From contig OZ024746.1 of assembly GCA_964016885.1 (NCBI GenBank), positions 5,952,001 to 6,016,000 on the forward strand: a stretch of DNA of 64,000 nucleotides, given 5' to 3'. The DNA comes from Eledone cirrhosa (taxonomy: Eukaryota). The notes beneath the pieces were generated by a model, which did no database searches, had not been told where the DNA came from, and saw nothing but the letters and a program-made list of their open reading frames with translations. The translations under genes were made by a program, and so were the position numbers. Below are positions 12,946 through 26,308 of this stretch, in pieces (position 1 is the first letter of the stretch; every line of letters begins with the position of its first letter).

Positions 12946-13706
12946 AAGAGTGGGGAGCCGACGATTGAGCACTTGTCGTTTTAATATAACAATACTCTAC
13001 TACGCCAAGTTTCGTGTACTCTGTTGAGGAATGGTCTAACCAGTTTGAAACTGTATATATATTTATATATATATTTATATATATATATATAGATGACGAA
13101 ATATATGGAGAATAGAAATGGCTGTGTAGTTGCTATTTAATGTAACTTAAAATGCAGTGGTAATACGAAGAAAGCTATCCCCTCTCTCTCCCTCTTCTCT
13201 CGCCTTCTCCCTCTTACTTTCGCTCACCCCATCTGCTAGTCACCTTCTCTCGGCTAGCCTGCCACTATAACTATCTCTTTCTCGCTTCCTCTTATTTTAA
13301 CTCACTCCTTCTCTGCTAGTCACCTTCTCTCCGTTAGCTCACTTCTTCCCTCGTCCGCCACTGTAAGCTGTCTCTTCTCTCACTCACACGGCTAGAGTGA
13401 AGACGTGTCTTTTTTCTCTCATCAAATTTGACAGAACTTATGTTCGAAATGAGTTGTTGACTTGATATTTTTCCTCTCTTTACGATGCTTCACCCTTCGT
13501 GTCTGTTTAGATTTTTTTCTCTCTCTGCCTCCTTGTTTTTTTATCTCAATTACTTATTTTAGTTATTGTTCGCCCTGAGCTGAGGTATCTTTTCTCTAAC
13601 GCGAAGAAATATCTATGATTCCTAGCAGACAACTGACGATGCGATGAATATTACTCTCTTTCGCCCGTAATGTTCATTATACTTAATTGCAACCTCACAG
13701 CTCACC

Positions 13707-13747
<41 letters not shown>

Positions 13748-13820
13748 TATATAGAGGTATATATGACATGTAATTCAGTGATATATATAGTATATAGACG
13801 TATATATAACATGTAATATA

Positions 13821-13855
<35 letters not shown>

Positions 13856-14202
13856 TATATAGAGATATGTATAATATGTAATAATAAAATTGAATACTGT
13901 AAATCTAAGCACAATAAATTGTTAAAGAAAAACATGTACTTTTTCAATTCTGCGAATACAGAATGGTATCGCATACCGTCGGTACGATTTTGACTTGTTT
14001 TTATGATACAAAAGAAAGAAACCTTTTTACTGCAACGAAAAGAATCCAGGGACGGAAAGAGTCCACAAAAACGCGACTTTCAAACAGAGACAAAATTGTT
14101 TTTTCTTCGTGAGACTTCGTATCTGTGTCGTAAGTTAGTAAGTAGGATGGACGGAATGTTTCAGGTGTCTGCTCCCCATGAGCCTCCCAGGAATATGTGG
14201 GC

Positions 14203-14590
14203 GAAGAAGAAGAAGAAGAAGAAGAAGAAGAAGAAGAAGAAGAAGAAGAAGAAGAAGAAGAAGAAGAAGAAGAAGAAGAAGAAGAAGAAGAAGATCTCAA
14301 ACAAAAGTAATCATTGATGACTTCTGCTAATAAGACTTTGTTTTTTATTTTTCCGCCATCTAAAAATGTTCCTACTTCAGCTAAAACCGATGAAGTACAT
14401 TAAAATATTCCCCCAAAGTAATAAAAACATAAGGAATAAGTGGGATGAGGGGGGGGGGGGGAGAAGGAGGACGAGGAAGAAGAAGAAGAAGAAGAAGAAG
14501 AAGAAGAAGAAGAAGAAGAAGAAGAAGAAGAAGAAGAAGAAGAAGAAGAAGAAGAAGAAGAAGAAGAAGAAGAAGAAGAAGAAGAAGACG
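14203..14590 (+). repeat. two (GAA)n tracts with RTE-like 3' stubs flanking an inverted copy of 3311-3448
   Basis: 14293-14430 is the reverse complement of 3311-3448; 14432-14475 matches the reverse complement of ~3516-3573. Confidence 0.85.
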
Positions 14591-15433
14591 ACGACTATAC
14601 AATCGCTGATGTGGAGTAAACTTTCAACAAGACAAATATTTCACATCGTTTCCATTCATACTCCAAACAATATCATTTGTTTTGTGTCACTGGTACCCAA
14701 TAAAAACAGGCATGACAACACCTATCATATTTTTGTCATTAAAAGTGATTTTATTACACAAAAGAATTTTTCCTGAACGTACAAAAATAAAACCTGATTT
14801 TGAGTAATTTAATAATGATCTGCACCGGCAGAAAATGCAGTTAATAAAGTTCATAAAATTTACCGAAGAGAATATTTTACAAATATCGTTAAGTGAATTT
14901 AAGAGAGAAGAGATAAAGTCATGAACAGCAATCTGTGGTTTAAGTTCCGTTTTCTGGTAGAAGTAGTTTTATTTTATTAACTGACTTGCTTTGACGCGAA
15001 ACTTCTGATGGAGTTGTAAGGAGGAGAGGACAATGTAGTGACATACGGCATTTCTTGGGGGATTAAACATGAAAATGAGATAGATACAAAAGATATAGAT
15101 ATGAAACAGAAGCTGTTAAACATCACTTATGTAGAAATATCTCATATAATACTTTGTTAGGTAAAGCTTGATGAAACATATGGAAAACATAAATAAACAC
15201 TTAAATGTTTGAAAGATGGTGAAGATATAATGTATGGACATTTTGTTTACATAAGAAAAAAATATGTAAGAATGGATCTGTTGGGAGACGTGGAAGTATT
15301 AATGAAAGAAATACTTTACTTTGAAAATATTATTTTTTACTAAACAAAGGGAAAGCGATACGACTGTGTGATTCAAAGACAATTAAGAAATAAGTATATT
15401 TAGAAAAAATATAGAAAAGTGACGAGAAGAAGA

Positions 15434-15616
15434 TAATTGTTTCTACATTTGGGACAAGGCCAGCAATTACCCAGTGTATTACTGGTACTTTATTTTATCG
15501 ACCCCGAAAGGATGAAAGGCAGAGTTAACCTCGGCGGGATTTGAACTCAGAATGGAAAGGACCGTAACTCTATGCGTCAAAGCATGGCGTCCGACCCTCT
15601 ACAGATACTGCCAATC
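15434..15616 (-). mobile_element. SINE family A
   Basis: Reverse consensus match. Confidence 0.85.
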
Positions 15617-15864
15617 TTAACGAGAAGAAGATAATGTGTGTGTGTGAGTGTATGTGTGTGTGTAAGTGAATGTGTGTATGTGTGTGTGAGTGTAAGTGTG
15701 TGTGTATATGTGATCCACGTCAAATTCCTCGTTGAACTGAAAATCCAAATGAAAGTATATCTTTTTTACAGATAAACAATAATTTATGTATTTCGAGTAC
15801 TTGTATAAACTTGGTCTTCTCGGTATTTCAATTCAGAAAAATCCAATATATGAATATATACAGC

Positions 15865-15900
<36 letters not shown>

Positions 15901-15956
15901 GAGAGAAACAGACAGACAGAGGAAGAGAGAGAGAGAGGGTGAGAGAGAGAAACAGA

Positions 15957-16004
<48 letters not shown>

Positions 16005-16084
16005 AGAGAGACAGAGACAGTGAGAGAGAGACACAGATAGACAGACAGAGATAGGGAGAGAGAGAGAGAAAGAGAGAGAGAGTC

Positions 16085-16115
<31 letters not shown>

Positions 16116-16116
16116 A
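15865..16116. repeat. (GA)n microsatellite
   Basis: Visible. Confidence 0.95.
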
Positions 16117-16538
16117 AGTGAGATAGAGATATAAGAGGAAGGAGAATTAACCCTGTATTAACCTCGATAGGATGGAAAGCAAGCCTCGGTGGTATTTGGG
16201 AGCAGAGAGACAGAACAATTATCGCAGAACATTCTACACGGCATTCTAACGATTCTGCCAATTCGTCGCCTCTTATAAACTGGAACATGAATGTGATCGC
16301 ATTTCACTTTCTCTCGCCCATGGCTTGCTATCTAAGGAGATTGTAGTGTCCACGTTTGAATGATTTTTCTTGCAATCAGATTTTCACATTTTTTGAGAGT
16401 AGGTAAGTTCCATTAGGTTTCTAATGTCCTTGTTAAATGCATTTATAGTCTCTAGAGGGATTTGAAATCAGAGCGTATATGGTTGAACTTAAATACTGCA
16501 GTATACTTATTTGGATATTCATCCACTTAAGCAAATAA

Positions 16539-18291
16539 CACCGTGTAACAAAAAAAAAATGTTCTCTGTTCCTGGCTTGTAATCATTTTTTTTGTGTTGC
16601 TTAGGTCCCAAATAAATAGAGAAAAGTGCTATTAAACAGTTAAAAGTTGGGGTTTGTAAAAATTCTAAGCTATTCACTAGAATTATTTGTATGCTGGATT
16701 TTACGTTGTATGTAAGTTTAATTTGCTTATGTTAAATGATTTTTTATATATGTTTCAGGTTAAATTAAAATTATAAAATAAAGAGTAATACCTAAAGAAA
16801 ATTATAAAAGTGCAATAATTGTTAAAAAGTGGATTAAAGAGATTTATTGATACTGGGGTACCAGAAAAAGTTCCTCACTTCCAAAACCAAAAAGAAGTCC
16901 ATGACTTGGTCAGGGAAATGGGTCTGACCAAGTCCAATGCAGAGCTATTCGTCTCCAGGATGAAGCAGTGGAACTTGGTCAAGGAGGAAGTGCAGGTGAC
17001 AAATCAGAGAAGTCGGCACCTTTCTCAGGCTTTTACACTCTTAGGGATGGCCTCTGCTTCTGCCATGACGTGCCTGGACTGTTTGACGTTATTGGCGTGC
17101 CGTTTGTGCCCAAGGAGTGGCGGCTATTTATAGACAGCTCCACCACAAGTTTGAAGGCTGTCCTCCTCCACAATGGAAACAAGTTCCCGACACTACCTGA
17201 AGGAAGATTACTACAGTGTGAAAGTCGTCTTGGAAGCTCTGCAATACAACCAGTACAATTGGGAAATCATTAGAGACTTCAAGGTGGTGGCTTTCCTGCT
17301 TGGACTCCAAGGAGGCTTTATCAAATTCCAATGCTTCCTCTGCTTTTGGGACAGCAGAGCCACCTCTGGCCACTACAAAAGAAAGAACTGGGAGCAGCGA
17401 ACAGAATTTGTAGTTGGGACTCGGAACGTCATGTGGGAGCCACTGGTTGATCCCAGGATTGTGTTCATGCCACCACTGCACATTAAGTTGGGGTTGATGA
17501 AGCAGTTTGTGAAGGCTCTCAACCAAGAATCAGCCGCTTTTAAGTACCTTCTTGAGTTCTTCCCCAAATTATCTGAGGCCAAAATCAAAGGTGGAATTTT
17601 TGTTGGACCTCAGATACAGAAGGTGTTTGAGTCTACTGAGTTCGCCAATAAGCTCAATAGGATTGAGAGAACAGCATGGAACTGTTTCAAGGCAGTTGTT
17701 AAGGGCTTCCTGGGTAACTACAGAGCTGAAAACTACCAGCAACTGGTGCAGGATCTGATAAAGGCTTTTGGCGCCATGGGATGCAGGATGTCGCTTAAAC
17801 TCCATATGCTGGACGCTCACCTGGAAAGGTTCAAGGACAATATGGGCGCCTACTCAGAAGAACAAGGCGAACGATTCCACCAAGATGTGAAAGATATAGA
17901 GCGGAGGTACCAGGGCCACTACAATGAAAAAATGATGGGGGACTATATCTGGGGGCTAGTGCGGGAATGCAACCTGGTCTACAATCGCAAATCCAGGAAA
18001 TCCAGTCATTTCTGACTTGTATAAGTTGCTTTATAAGTGTTATTTGTTTTTACTTGTTCGCTTTTGATAAGCTTGTGTAATAAAATAAATATATACTCTG
18101 TTGATTTAATTATATGAACTGATAAATTTAAAAAAAATGTGTTTTTTCTTGAAAAATATCAAAATTTCGAAATATCAAACTCCTGCCCACAAACCCAAAC
18201 TTCTGATTAAATAATAGTGTTTTTTTATAATAATGGGATATAACAAACCAGTAAATGACACTTAGAACCGGGGAACAAAAAATATGTTACA
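16539..18291 (+). mobile_element. Chapaev3-like (CMC superfamily) DNA transposon, internally deleted
   Basis: TAA|CACCGTGTAACA left end (CAC terminus after a TWA site); degenerate right end AAATGAC...GGAACAAAAAATATGTTACA lacking the terminal bases; encloses the transposase remnant. Confidence 0.7.
16850..18015 (+). pseudogene. Chapaev3-type DDE transposase (N-terminus missing, two frame breaks near 17020 and 17195)
   Basis: Three overlapping ORFs carry motifs EWRLFIDSS..SLKAVLLHNGNKFP, LGLQGGF..F.CFLC.WDSRA, PPLHIKLGLMKQFVKAL, GIFVGPQI, SLKLH.L..H and SEEQGERFHQD...ERRYQG. Confidence 0.85.
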
Positions 18292-18362
18292 AAAAATATA
18301 TAATCTGTCCTATATAAAAAAAAAGACCCACTTTCGGGCATAAATGACCATAGGATTTGCGC

Positions 18363-18636
18363 CTAAAAAGTTCCCTCTCCGAGGCAGAAGTCTAGGCTAG
18401 GTTGTTTGTGGAAGACCAGCAGTCGCCCATGTATACCAGTCTCTCCTCTCCATGCAACCGATGTTGTCCAATGGAAAGGCAAAGGACGATACAGCATGGC
18501 ACCAGTGACGTCACAACTCATTTCTACAGCTGAGTAAACTGGAGTTACGTGAAAATAAGGTGTCTTGCTCAAGAACACAGCGGTCCTAGAATCCAATTCA
18601 CAACCTCATGATTGCAAGCCCAACGCTCTAACCATT
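18363..18636 (-). mobile_element. CORE-type SINE with an alternative 3' module
   Basis: Minus strand: TGGTTAGAGCGTTGGGCTTGCAATC head and GTGTTCTTGAGCAAGACACC core. Confidence 0.7.
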
Positions 18637-19774
18637 AAGTGATTAAATATATCTAGAGAGATGCAATGTTTAAATTCATAGGAGATACCTCAGCAGATCG
18701 ATACACCAATAAGATCGATATATAACGGGCAAGAAATCTCGTTTGAAGATAATGAATGCTGTAAGGAAAATGAAATGATTAGAAGCAGAAAACAAAATCG
18801 AATGCAAATTCAGCTTAGCAGGAGTTTAACTTTGTACTTTATAGTGCTTCCTTACTCTTGGGTCTCGAATAATTGTCCCTCCACCCACCACTTATTAAAT
18901 TTTAACATCCTCCGCTTATTAAATTTTGCCAATCTATTTCCGACACTCTACCGATACTATCAATCCAACAGAGTATAGCTGCAGGTATGTCAATAAAGAT
19001 CTTCGTGTTTATTGTTTAAAAAACGGGTTATCAGAACAAGTAACAGATAAATTTCTAATTTCCTCCTTTTGATATTATGTTAATTTTATGTTTATTTTAA
19101 TAAAGTTTGACTGACTTTTGTTTTCTTATTTCTCTCGAAGTTTAACTTTATATAACATAATAGGAACTATCGTGTATATATCATATAGAACTGTTATGAT
19201 ATTGAAATTATATATTATTCTATATTCTATATTCTAGCTACATTCTGAATATTTAGAGTATTGGGTTTCCTGAAAAGATTGCCATTTTATTTAAAGTCAT
19301 TGAACTTGATATTTTATTTCTTTCCACCTAGAGAGTTGTCTCAGCTATTGATTTCTTCGTTCACTCCAATTGCTGAAATATTCTGTCAATTAATTGCCAA
19401 AATATTTTCTTAATTCCCTATTAGAATATAGAATTGCGGCGATATTGAAATTCTATTTTGGGAACCCCGTCATGAATAGTAGAGAATTTGACTTCCTGAA
19501 AATATTTCTATTTTAGTAAAAGAAAACAAGATTTTGTGCATAATATTCGGCGAGATCATTGTGGTGGGAGGTTTTGATTCTGTAAATTAAAAATTTAGTA
19601 GAACACGGACAGGAATGGAGTTTCTGAGCATTTTATTTCAGGGAAGTAATGATAGAACACAATTTAAAGTAGAACTTGGTGAATAATACCCAGCAGGGTG
19701 ATGAGAATAGATGTGGTAGGCTGATGGCCAGTTCAGGGGAATATGAGCCGTTACGATAATTGGAGTTGAGACAG

Positions 19775-19995
19775 TAATGGTTTCTTATATAGGCACAAGG
19801 CCAGAAATTCTGGGGAGGGAAAAGTCGATTAAATCGACCCAAGTGCATTGTTGGTAATTTATTTAATCGACCTCGTAAGGATGAAAGACAAAGTTAACAT
19901 CGGCTGGATTTGAACTCAGATCATAAAGGGATATAACGCTATGCTGCTAAGCATCGCGTCCGACCCTCTACCGATACTGTCAATCCACCACCCTT
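19775..19995 (-). mobile_element. SINE family A variant
   Basis: Reverse consensus match. Confidence 0.8.
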
Positions 19996-20229
19996 TAGAC
20001 AGAAATAATAATAGGTTCGTATGTGGTTTAATCAGTGTAGTATATTGATGAGAGAATAATTTACCGATAAGACCGAAAATATTTTAAGACATAAAATACT
20101 AATATGGATTGTACTTATCCTGATTGCTGATCGAACATTTATCAAAACTGAATTAATTTCTCACCCTGAAGTGGAATGCTAATTTTTATGATGTAGTTTA
20201 TATATCTTTAGTTATATAGGGATAATTAA

Positions 20230-20780
20230 ATATAGAATATGTTGTGATTTTGACGGTTTTAGTTGGTTGTATGTTTCCCCCACCATATATATGCATTGGT
20301 TAGCTAACCAATGTAGAGAGGCCCTAAGAAAGACCCACTTAAAGATTAAAGTGGTAGAAAAGCCAGGAACTAGCAGAAAATCCCTGATCATCAAAACATA
20401 CCCCTTTACGAAAACCCACTGTACTAATAGGAATGTGTTATATGTAAAATAAACCCTCATATAAACTGTAAAACTAGAAATGTAGTCTATAGCATAAAAT
20501 GTACAGAGGGTACTTGCAGAAGCATGACAACGACATACATAGGTGAGACAGCTCGAAGCATAGGAGAAAGAATAGACCAACACTGGGGGGGAACTAAAAA
20601 GACAAAACAAAACGGTTCAGTACTATACAAACACATGACAAAGACATGACGGTAATATAGACAACATAGAAATTAAAATAATATTTAAACATAGAAATGA
20701 ACCAACTGGTAGGCCAATCAGAGAAGCAACTGAGATAGAACTAAGAAGACCAAAGTTAAACAGAAAACATGAATGGAAGA
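20230..20780 (+). pseudogene. Penelope-like element, GIY-YIG endonuclease remnant
   Basis: Frameshifted translation KIKVVEKPG..., NCKTRNVVYSIKC, YIGETARSIGERIDQH, IREATEIELRRPKLNRKHEW. Confidence 0.8.
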
Positions 20781-20987
20781 ACAACAACAACAAACACATA
20801 AACACACACTAGTAAACAAAGATAAAATACAAAAATAAAAACGCATACACTCAAACGCGAACACACACACCAAACGTTATACACACACACAAGCGCATGC
20901 GCAGAGACGGAGAAAAGAATAAATAAATAAATTAATTAAATAAAAATGGCGTAGACATTACAATACAATAGGAGGAAACATAATAAT

Positions 20988-21035
20988 AGTACCACTGATG
21001 ATGTTGCAGATGTGCAACGAAAGAACTTTGTTAGC
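20988..21035 (+). ncRNA. decayed type I hammerhead ribozyme in the PLE 3' region
   Basis: CTGATGA-T-GTTGCA(GATG)TGCAAC-GAAA; stems I and III are imperfect. Confidence 0.55.
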
Positions 21036-21398
21036 CTATATATATATATATTTATGTGTATTTTTAACCGTTGGTCAATTAATGATAAACGTGGATTGCC
21101 AAATAAATTAACTATGGAGATAAAAAAGATACAGAAGCGAAAACCAATCAAAGGGTGAGTGTGTTCTGTTATTATTTCTGGCAATATTATAACAATATGA
21201 CACTCCCCAAGTATAACACTATTTGTTTCGACACACGATTTCATATCAAAAACCTTGCAAAACAAATATATATATATATATATGATTCCAGTTCCTCAGA
21301 AGAATAATAACACAACCAGGAGCTGGACATATTAATGTATTGATGGAGTAAAACACACTTCAACAACATGTGTACATGACTTTTCCACACCAATTCGG

Positions 21399-21453
21399 AC
21401 TGCTTGAAGAGGTCACAGCCAATGATGGCTGTCACCGAAATATATATAGCAGT
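21399..21453 (+). ncRNA. type I hammerhead ribozyme (C3U variant)
   Basis: Stem I ACTGC/GCAGT, core TTGAAGA, stem II GGTCACAGCCA/TGGCTGTCACC, GAAA, palindromic stem III TATATA, TA cleavage site. Confidence 0.7.
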
Positions 21454-21524
21454 ATATCTATAATTTATAATAAACGAAGCCTAATTTTACATATTTGACT
21501 TAATTATTTTATATATATATATAC

Positions 21525-21664
<140 letters not shown>

Positions 21665-22806
21665 TAGTGGTTAGGTTAAGGTATCTATACCTATTTAATA
21701 TGTTTGACGATGATGGTTATCAATAAATAGGCTCAATGTACCTTGGTTCAGAGCATCAAATATTTAAATTTAAAATATGCATGTAGAGAGATAAAGCATC
21801 ATATCTCGCTTGTGAAACACATAATATTTCGTACACATATATAGCAATTAATATTCGGAAAAATATACAAACTACCATCTTAAAGTATGTATACTTTCCT
21901 CAATGTTATTTGTTCTCTATATGTGTGTACCAAATACTGTGTTTCTCAAACGGTATATGCTTCTTTCTCTCTACATCTTTTAGAGAAGTAAATTTAATTA
22001 AATTTCAACTAAATTTATAGAATTGGAGGAGTCTGAGAAGTATTAGAGACCGTATAAATACAGAAGAGAGGTTTTGAATAATAATAAATGAAAGTATTTA
22101 TTGCTGATATCCAGAAGTCAGAATATATAGGGTAGCCAGTATAGTAGATATCCATGATAAATATACTTCTATTTAAAATTTCACCTTTTCACACATACTA
22201 TTCCATAGGTCTTGCGAAAACAACAACAGCAACAAATCAACAAAAAACAAACAGACTCGTGAATACGTTGTTAAGGCTGATTGAATGTTGAAATAATTCT
22301 TTCATGTGAGGAACATTGAATGTCTGACAGTAATAGCAGACAAAATACGATATTATCTCTATTGATTGTTAGCATTTACGAACTAAGACACAACTTATCT
22401 CGTTGAACTTTTGTTGAATGCATTTTAATTAAATACTAAATCTTAAATCGATTTCGTTTGGCTCTTATCTTTACGTTACTATATATTTTCAAGAAACGTA
22501 TAAAGACTGAGTCCATGGAATATAAAGAAAAATATGAATATTAAAGTGACCTATCCACCTTAAAAATAAATTGACATTTCAAAATTCAATCTGTAAATTA
22601 AACAACTCGAAAGATCTGCAAAAACAATCATCTTTTTCTTTAAATATCTTTGAAATGGCAGTAACTTTTAAACGAAATAGTTTCTGTAAGTTCACTATAA
22701 GAATCTTGTATTCTTTGGGGGATTTCGAAATTCTAGCCATCTGAGTTATTACTAAAATAAAGAAAACAGAACAACAAATAAGAATTTGATATTTTCTTCA
22801 GCGATC

Positions 22807-23006
22807 NNNNNNNNNNNNNNNNNNNNNNNNNNNNNNNNNNNNNNNNNNNNNNNNNNNNNNNNNNNNNNNNNNNNNNNNNNNNNNNNNNNNNNNNNNNNNN
22901 NNNNNNNNNNNNNNNNNNNNNNNNNNNNNNNNNNNNNNNNNNNNNNNNNNNNNNNNNNNNNNNNNNNNNNNNNNNNNNNNNNNNNNNNNNNNNNNNNNNN
23001 NNNNNN
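22807..23006. other. assembly gap (200 N)
   Basis: 200 N directly after GATC, suggesting a fixed-size scaffolding gap. Confidence 0.95.
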
Positions 23007-26000
23007 CAATAGTAGGTTAGTAGACTACAGAGACCAACAGTAGGTTAGTGAACTACAGAGACCAACAGTAGGTTAGTAGACTAGAGAGACCAACAGTAGG
23101 TTAGTAGACTAGAGAGACCAACAGTAGGTTAGTAGACTAGAGAGACCAACAGTAGGTTAGTAGACTAGAGAGACCAACAGTAGGTTAGTAGACTAGAGAG
23201 ACCAACAGTAGGTTAGTAGACTATAGAGACCAACAGTAGGTTAGTAGACTAGAGAGACCAACAGTAGGTTAGTAGACTATAGAGACCAACAGTAGGTTAG
23301 TAGACTAGAGAGACCAACAGTAGGTTAGTAGACTAGAGAGACCAACAGTAGGTTAGTAGACTACAGAGACCAACAGTAGGTTAGTAGACTACAGAGACCA
23401 ACAGTAGGTTAGTAGACTACAGAGACCAACAGTAGGTTAGTAGACTACAGAGACCAACAGTAGGTTAGTAGACTACAGAGACCAACCGTAGGTTAGTAGA
23501 CTAGAGAGACCAACAGTAGGTTAGTAGACTAGAGAGACCAACAGTAGGTTAGTAGACTAGAGAGACCAACAGTAGGTTAGTAGACTAGAGAGACCAACAG
23601 TAGGTTAGTAGACTAGAGAGACCAACAGTAGGTTAGTAGACTACAGAGACCAACAGTAGGTTAGTAGACTACAGAGACCAACAGTAGGTTAGTAGACTAC
23701 AGAGACCAACAGTAGGTTAGTAGACTAGAGAGACCAACAGTAGGTTAGACTACAGAGACCAACAGTAGGTTAGTAGACTACAGAGACCAACAGTAGGTTA
23801 GTAGACTACAGAGACCAACAGTAGGTTAGTAGACTAGAGAGACCAACAGTAGGTTAGTAGACTACAGAGACCAACTGTAGGTTAGTAGACTAGAGAGACC
23901 AACCGTAGGTTAGTAGACTAGAGAGACCAACAGTAGGTTAGTAGACTACAGAGACCAACTGTAGGTTAGTAGACTACAGAGACCAACAGTAGGTTAGTAG
24001 ACTAGAGAGACCAACAGTAGGTTAGTAGACTACAGAGACCAACAGTAGGTTAGTAGACTACAGAGACCAACTGTAGGTTAGTAGACTAGAGAGACCAACA
24101 GTAGGTTAGTAGACTACAGAGACCAACAGTAGGTTAGTAGACTACAGAGACCAACAGTAGGTTAGTAGACTAGAGAGACCAACAGTAGGTTAGTAGACTA
24201 GAGAGACCAACAGTAGGTTAGTAGACTACAGAGACCAACAGTAGGTTAGTAGACTACAGAGACCAACAGTAGGTTAGTAGACTAGAGAGACCAACAGTAG
24301 GTTAGTAGACTAGAGAGACCAACAGTAGGTTAGTAGACTAGAGAGACCAACAGTAGGTTAGTAGACTACAGAGACCAACTGTAGGTTAGTAGACTAGAGA
24401 GACCAACAGTAGGTTAGTAGACTAGAGAGACCAACCGTAGGTTAGTAGACTAGAGAGACCAACAGTAGGTTAGTAGACTACAGAGACCAACAGTAAGTTA
24501 GTAGACTAGAGATACCAACAGTAGGTTAGTAGACTAGAGAGACCAACCGTAGGTTAGTAGACTAGAGAGACCAACAGTAGGTTAGTAGACTAGAGGACTA
24601 GAGAGACCAACTGTAGGTTAGTAGACTACAGAGACCAACAGTAGGTTAGTAGACTAGAGAGACCAACAGTAGGTTAGTAGACTAGAGAGACCAACAGTAG
24701 GTTAGTAGACTAGAGAGACCAACAGTAGGTTAGTAGACTAGAGAGACCAACAGTAGGTTAGTAGACTAGAGAGACCAACCGTAGGTTAGTAGACTAGAGG
24801 ACTAGAGAGACCAACAGTAGGTTAGTAGACTAGAGAGACCAACAGTAGGTTAGTAGACTAGAGAGACCAACTGTAGGTTAGTAGACTACAGAGACCAACC
24901 GTAGGTTAGTAGACTAGAGAGACCAACAGTAGGTTAGTAGACTACAGAGACCAACAGTAGGTTAGTAGACTAGAGAGACCAACAGTAGGTTAGTAGAATA
25001 GAGAGACCAACAGTAGGTTAGTAGACTACAGAGACCAACAGTAGGTTAGTAGACTACAGAGACCAACAGTAGGTTAGTAGACTACAGAGACCAACAGTAG
25101 GTTAGTAGACTAGAGAGACCAACTGTAGGTTAGTAGACTAGAGAGACCAACAGTAGGTTAGTAGACTAGAGAGACCAACAGTAGGTTAGTAGACTACAGA
25201 GACCAACAGTAGGTTAGTAGACTAGAGAGACCAACAGTAGGTTAGTAGAATAGAGAGACCAACAGTAGGTTAGTAGACTACAGAGACCAACAGTAGGTTA
25301 GTAGACTACAGAGACCAACAGTAGGTTAGTAGACTAGAGAGACCAACAGTAGGTTAGTAGACTACAGAGACCAACAGTAGGTTAGTAGACTAGAGAGACC
25401 AACAGTAGGTTAGTAGACGAGAGAGACCAACAGTAGGTTAGTAGACTAGAGAGACCAACAGTAGGTTAGTAGACTAGAGAGACCAACAGTAGGTTAGTAG
25501 ACTAGAGAGACCAACAGTAGGTTAGTAGACTACAGAGACCAACAGTAGGTTAGTAGACTAGAGAGACCAACAGTAGGTTAGTAGACTAGAGAGACCAACA
25601 GTAGGTTAGTAGACTAGAGAGACCAACAGTAGGTTAGTAGACTACAGAGACCAACAGTAGGTTAGTAGACTAGAGAAACCAACAGTAGGTTAGTAGACTA
25701 CAGAGACCAACAGTAGGTTAGTGAACTACAGAGACCAACAGTAGGTTAGTAGACTACAGAGACCAACAGTAGGTTAGTAGACTACAGAGACCAACAGTAG
25801 GTTAGTAGACTACAGAGACCAACAGTAGGTTAGTAGACTACAGAGACCAACAGTAGGTTAGTAGACTACAGAGACCAACAGTAGGTTAGTAGACTATAGA
25901 GACCAACAGTAGGTTAGTAGACTACAGAGACCAACAGTAGGTTAGTAGACTACAGAGACCAACAGTAGGTTAGTAGACTAGAGAGACCAACAGTAGGTTA

Positions 26001-26205
26001 GTAGACTACAGAGACCAACAGTAGGTTAGTAGACTACAGAGACCAACAGTAGGTTAGTAGACTACAGAGACCAACAGTAGGTTAGTAGACTATAGAGACC
26101 AACAGTAGGTTAGTAGACTACAGAGACCAACAGTAGGTTAGTAGACTACAGAGACCAACAGTAGGTTAGTAGACTAGAGAGACCAACAGTAGGTTAGTAG
26201 ACTAT
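23007..26205 (+). repeat. 28-bp satellite CAACAGTAGGTTAGTAGACTASAGAGAC
   Basis: About 114 visible units, open into the gap; the main variation is one C/G position. Confidence 0.97.
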
Positions 26206-26308
26206 ATACACCAATCTCCCACATAGACTAGATATACTCTATAATTCCACCCGTACTCATAACTTTAAATAAACATATTTCTTGTACATCTCTATCCATA
26301 CATATCAC

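Noticed and set aside
18685-18978. Possible exon EIPQQIDTPIRSIYNGQEISFEDNECC...
   Set aside because: No recognisable domain or convincing donor site.
19600-19770. Possible CR1/L2-like LINE 3' remnant (YRNGSYSPELA)
   Set aside because: Too degraded to support as a feature.
22752-23043. ORFs spanning Ns
   Set aside because: Gap artefacts.
23007-26205. Telomeric array or CRISPR
   Set aside because: The unit is 28 bp with no spacers, and it is not (TTAGGG)n or (TTAGG)n.
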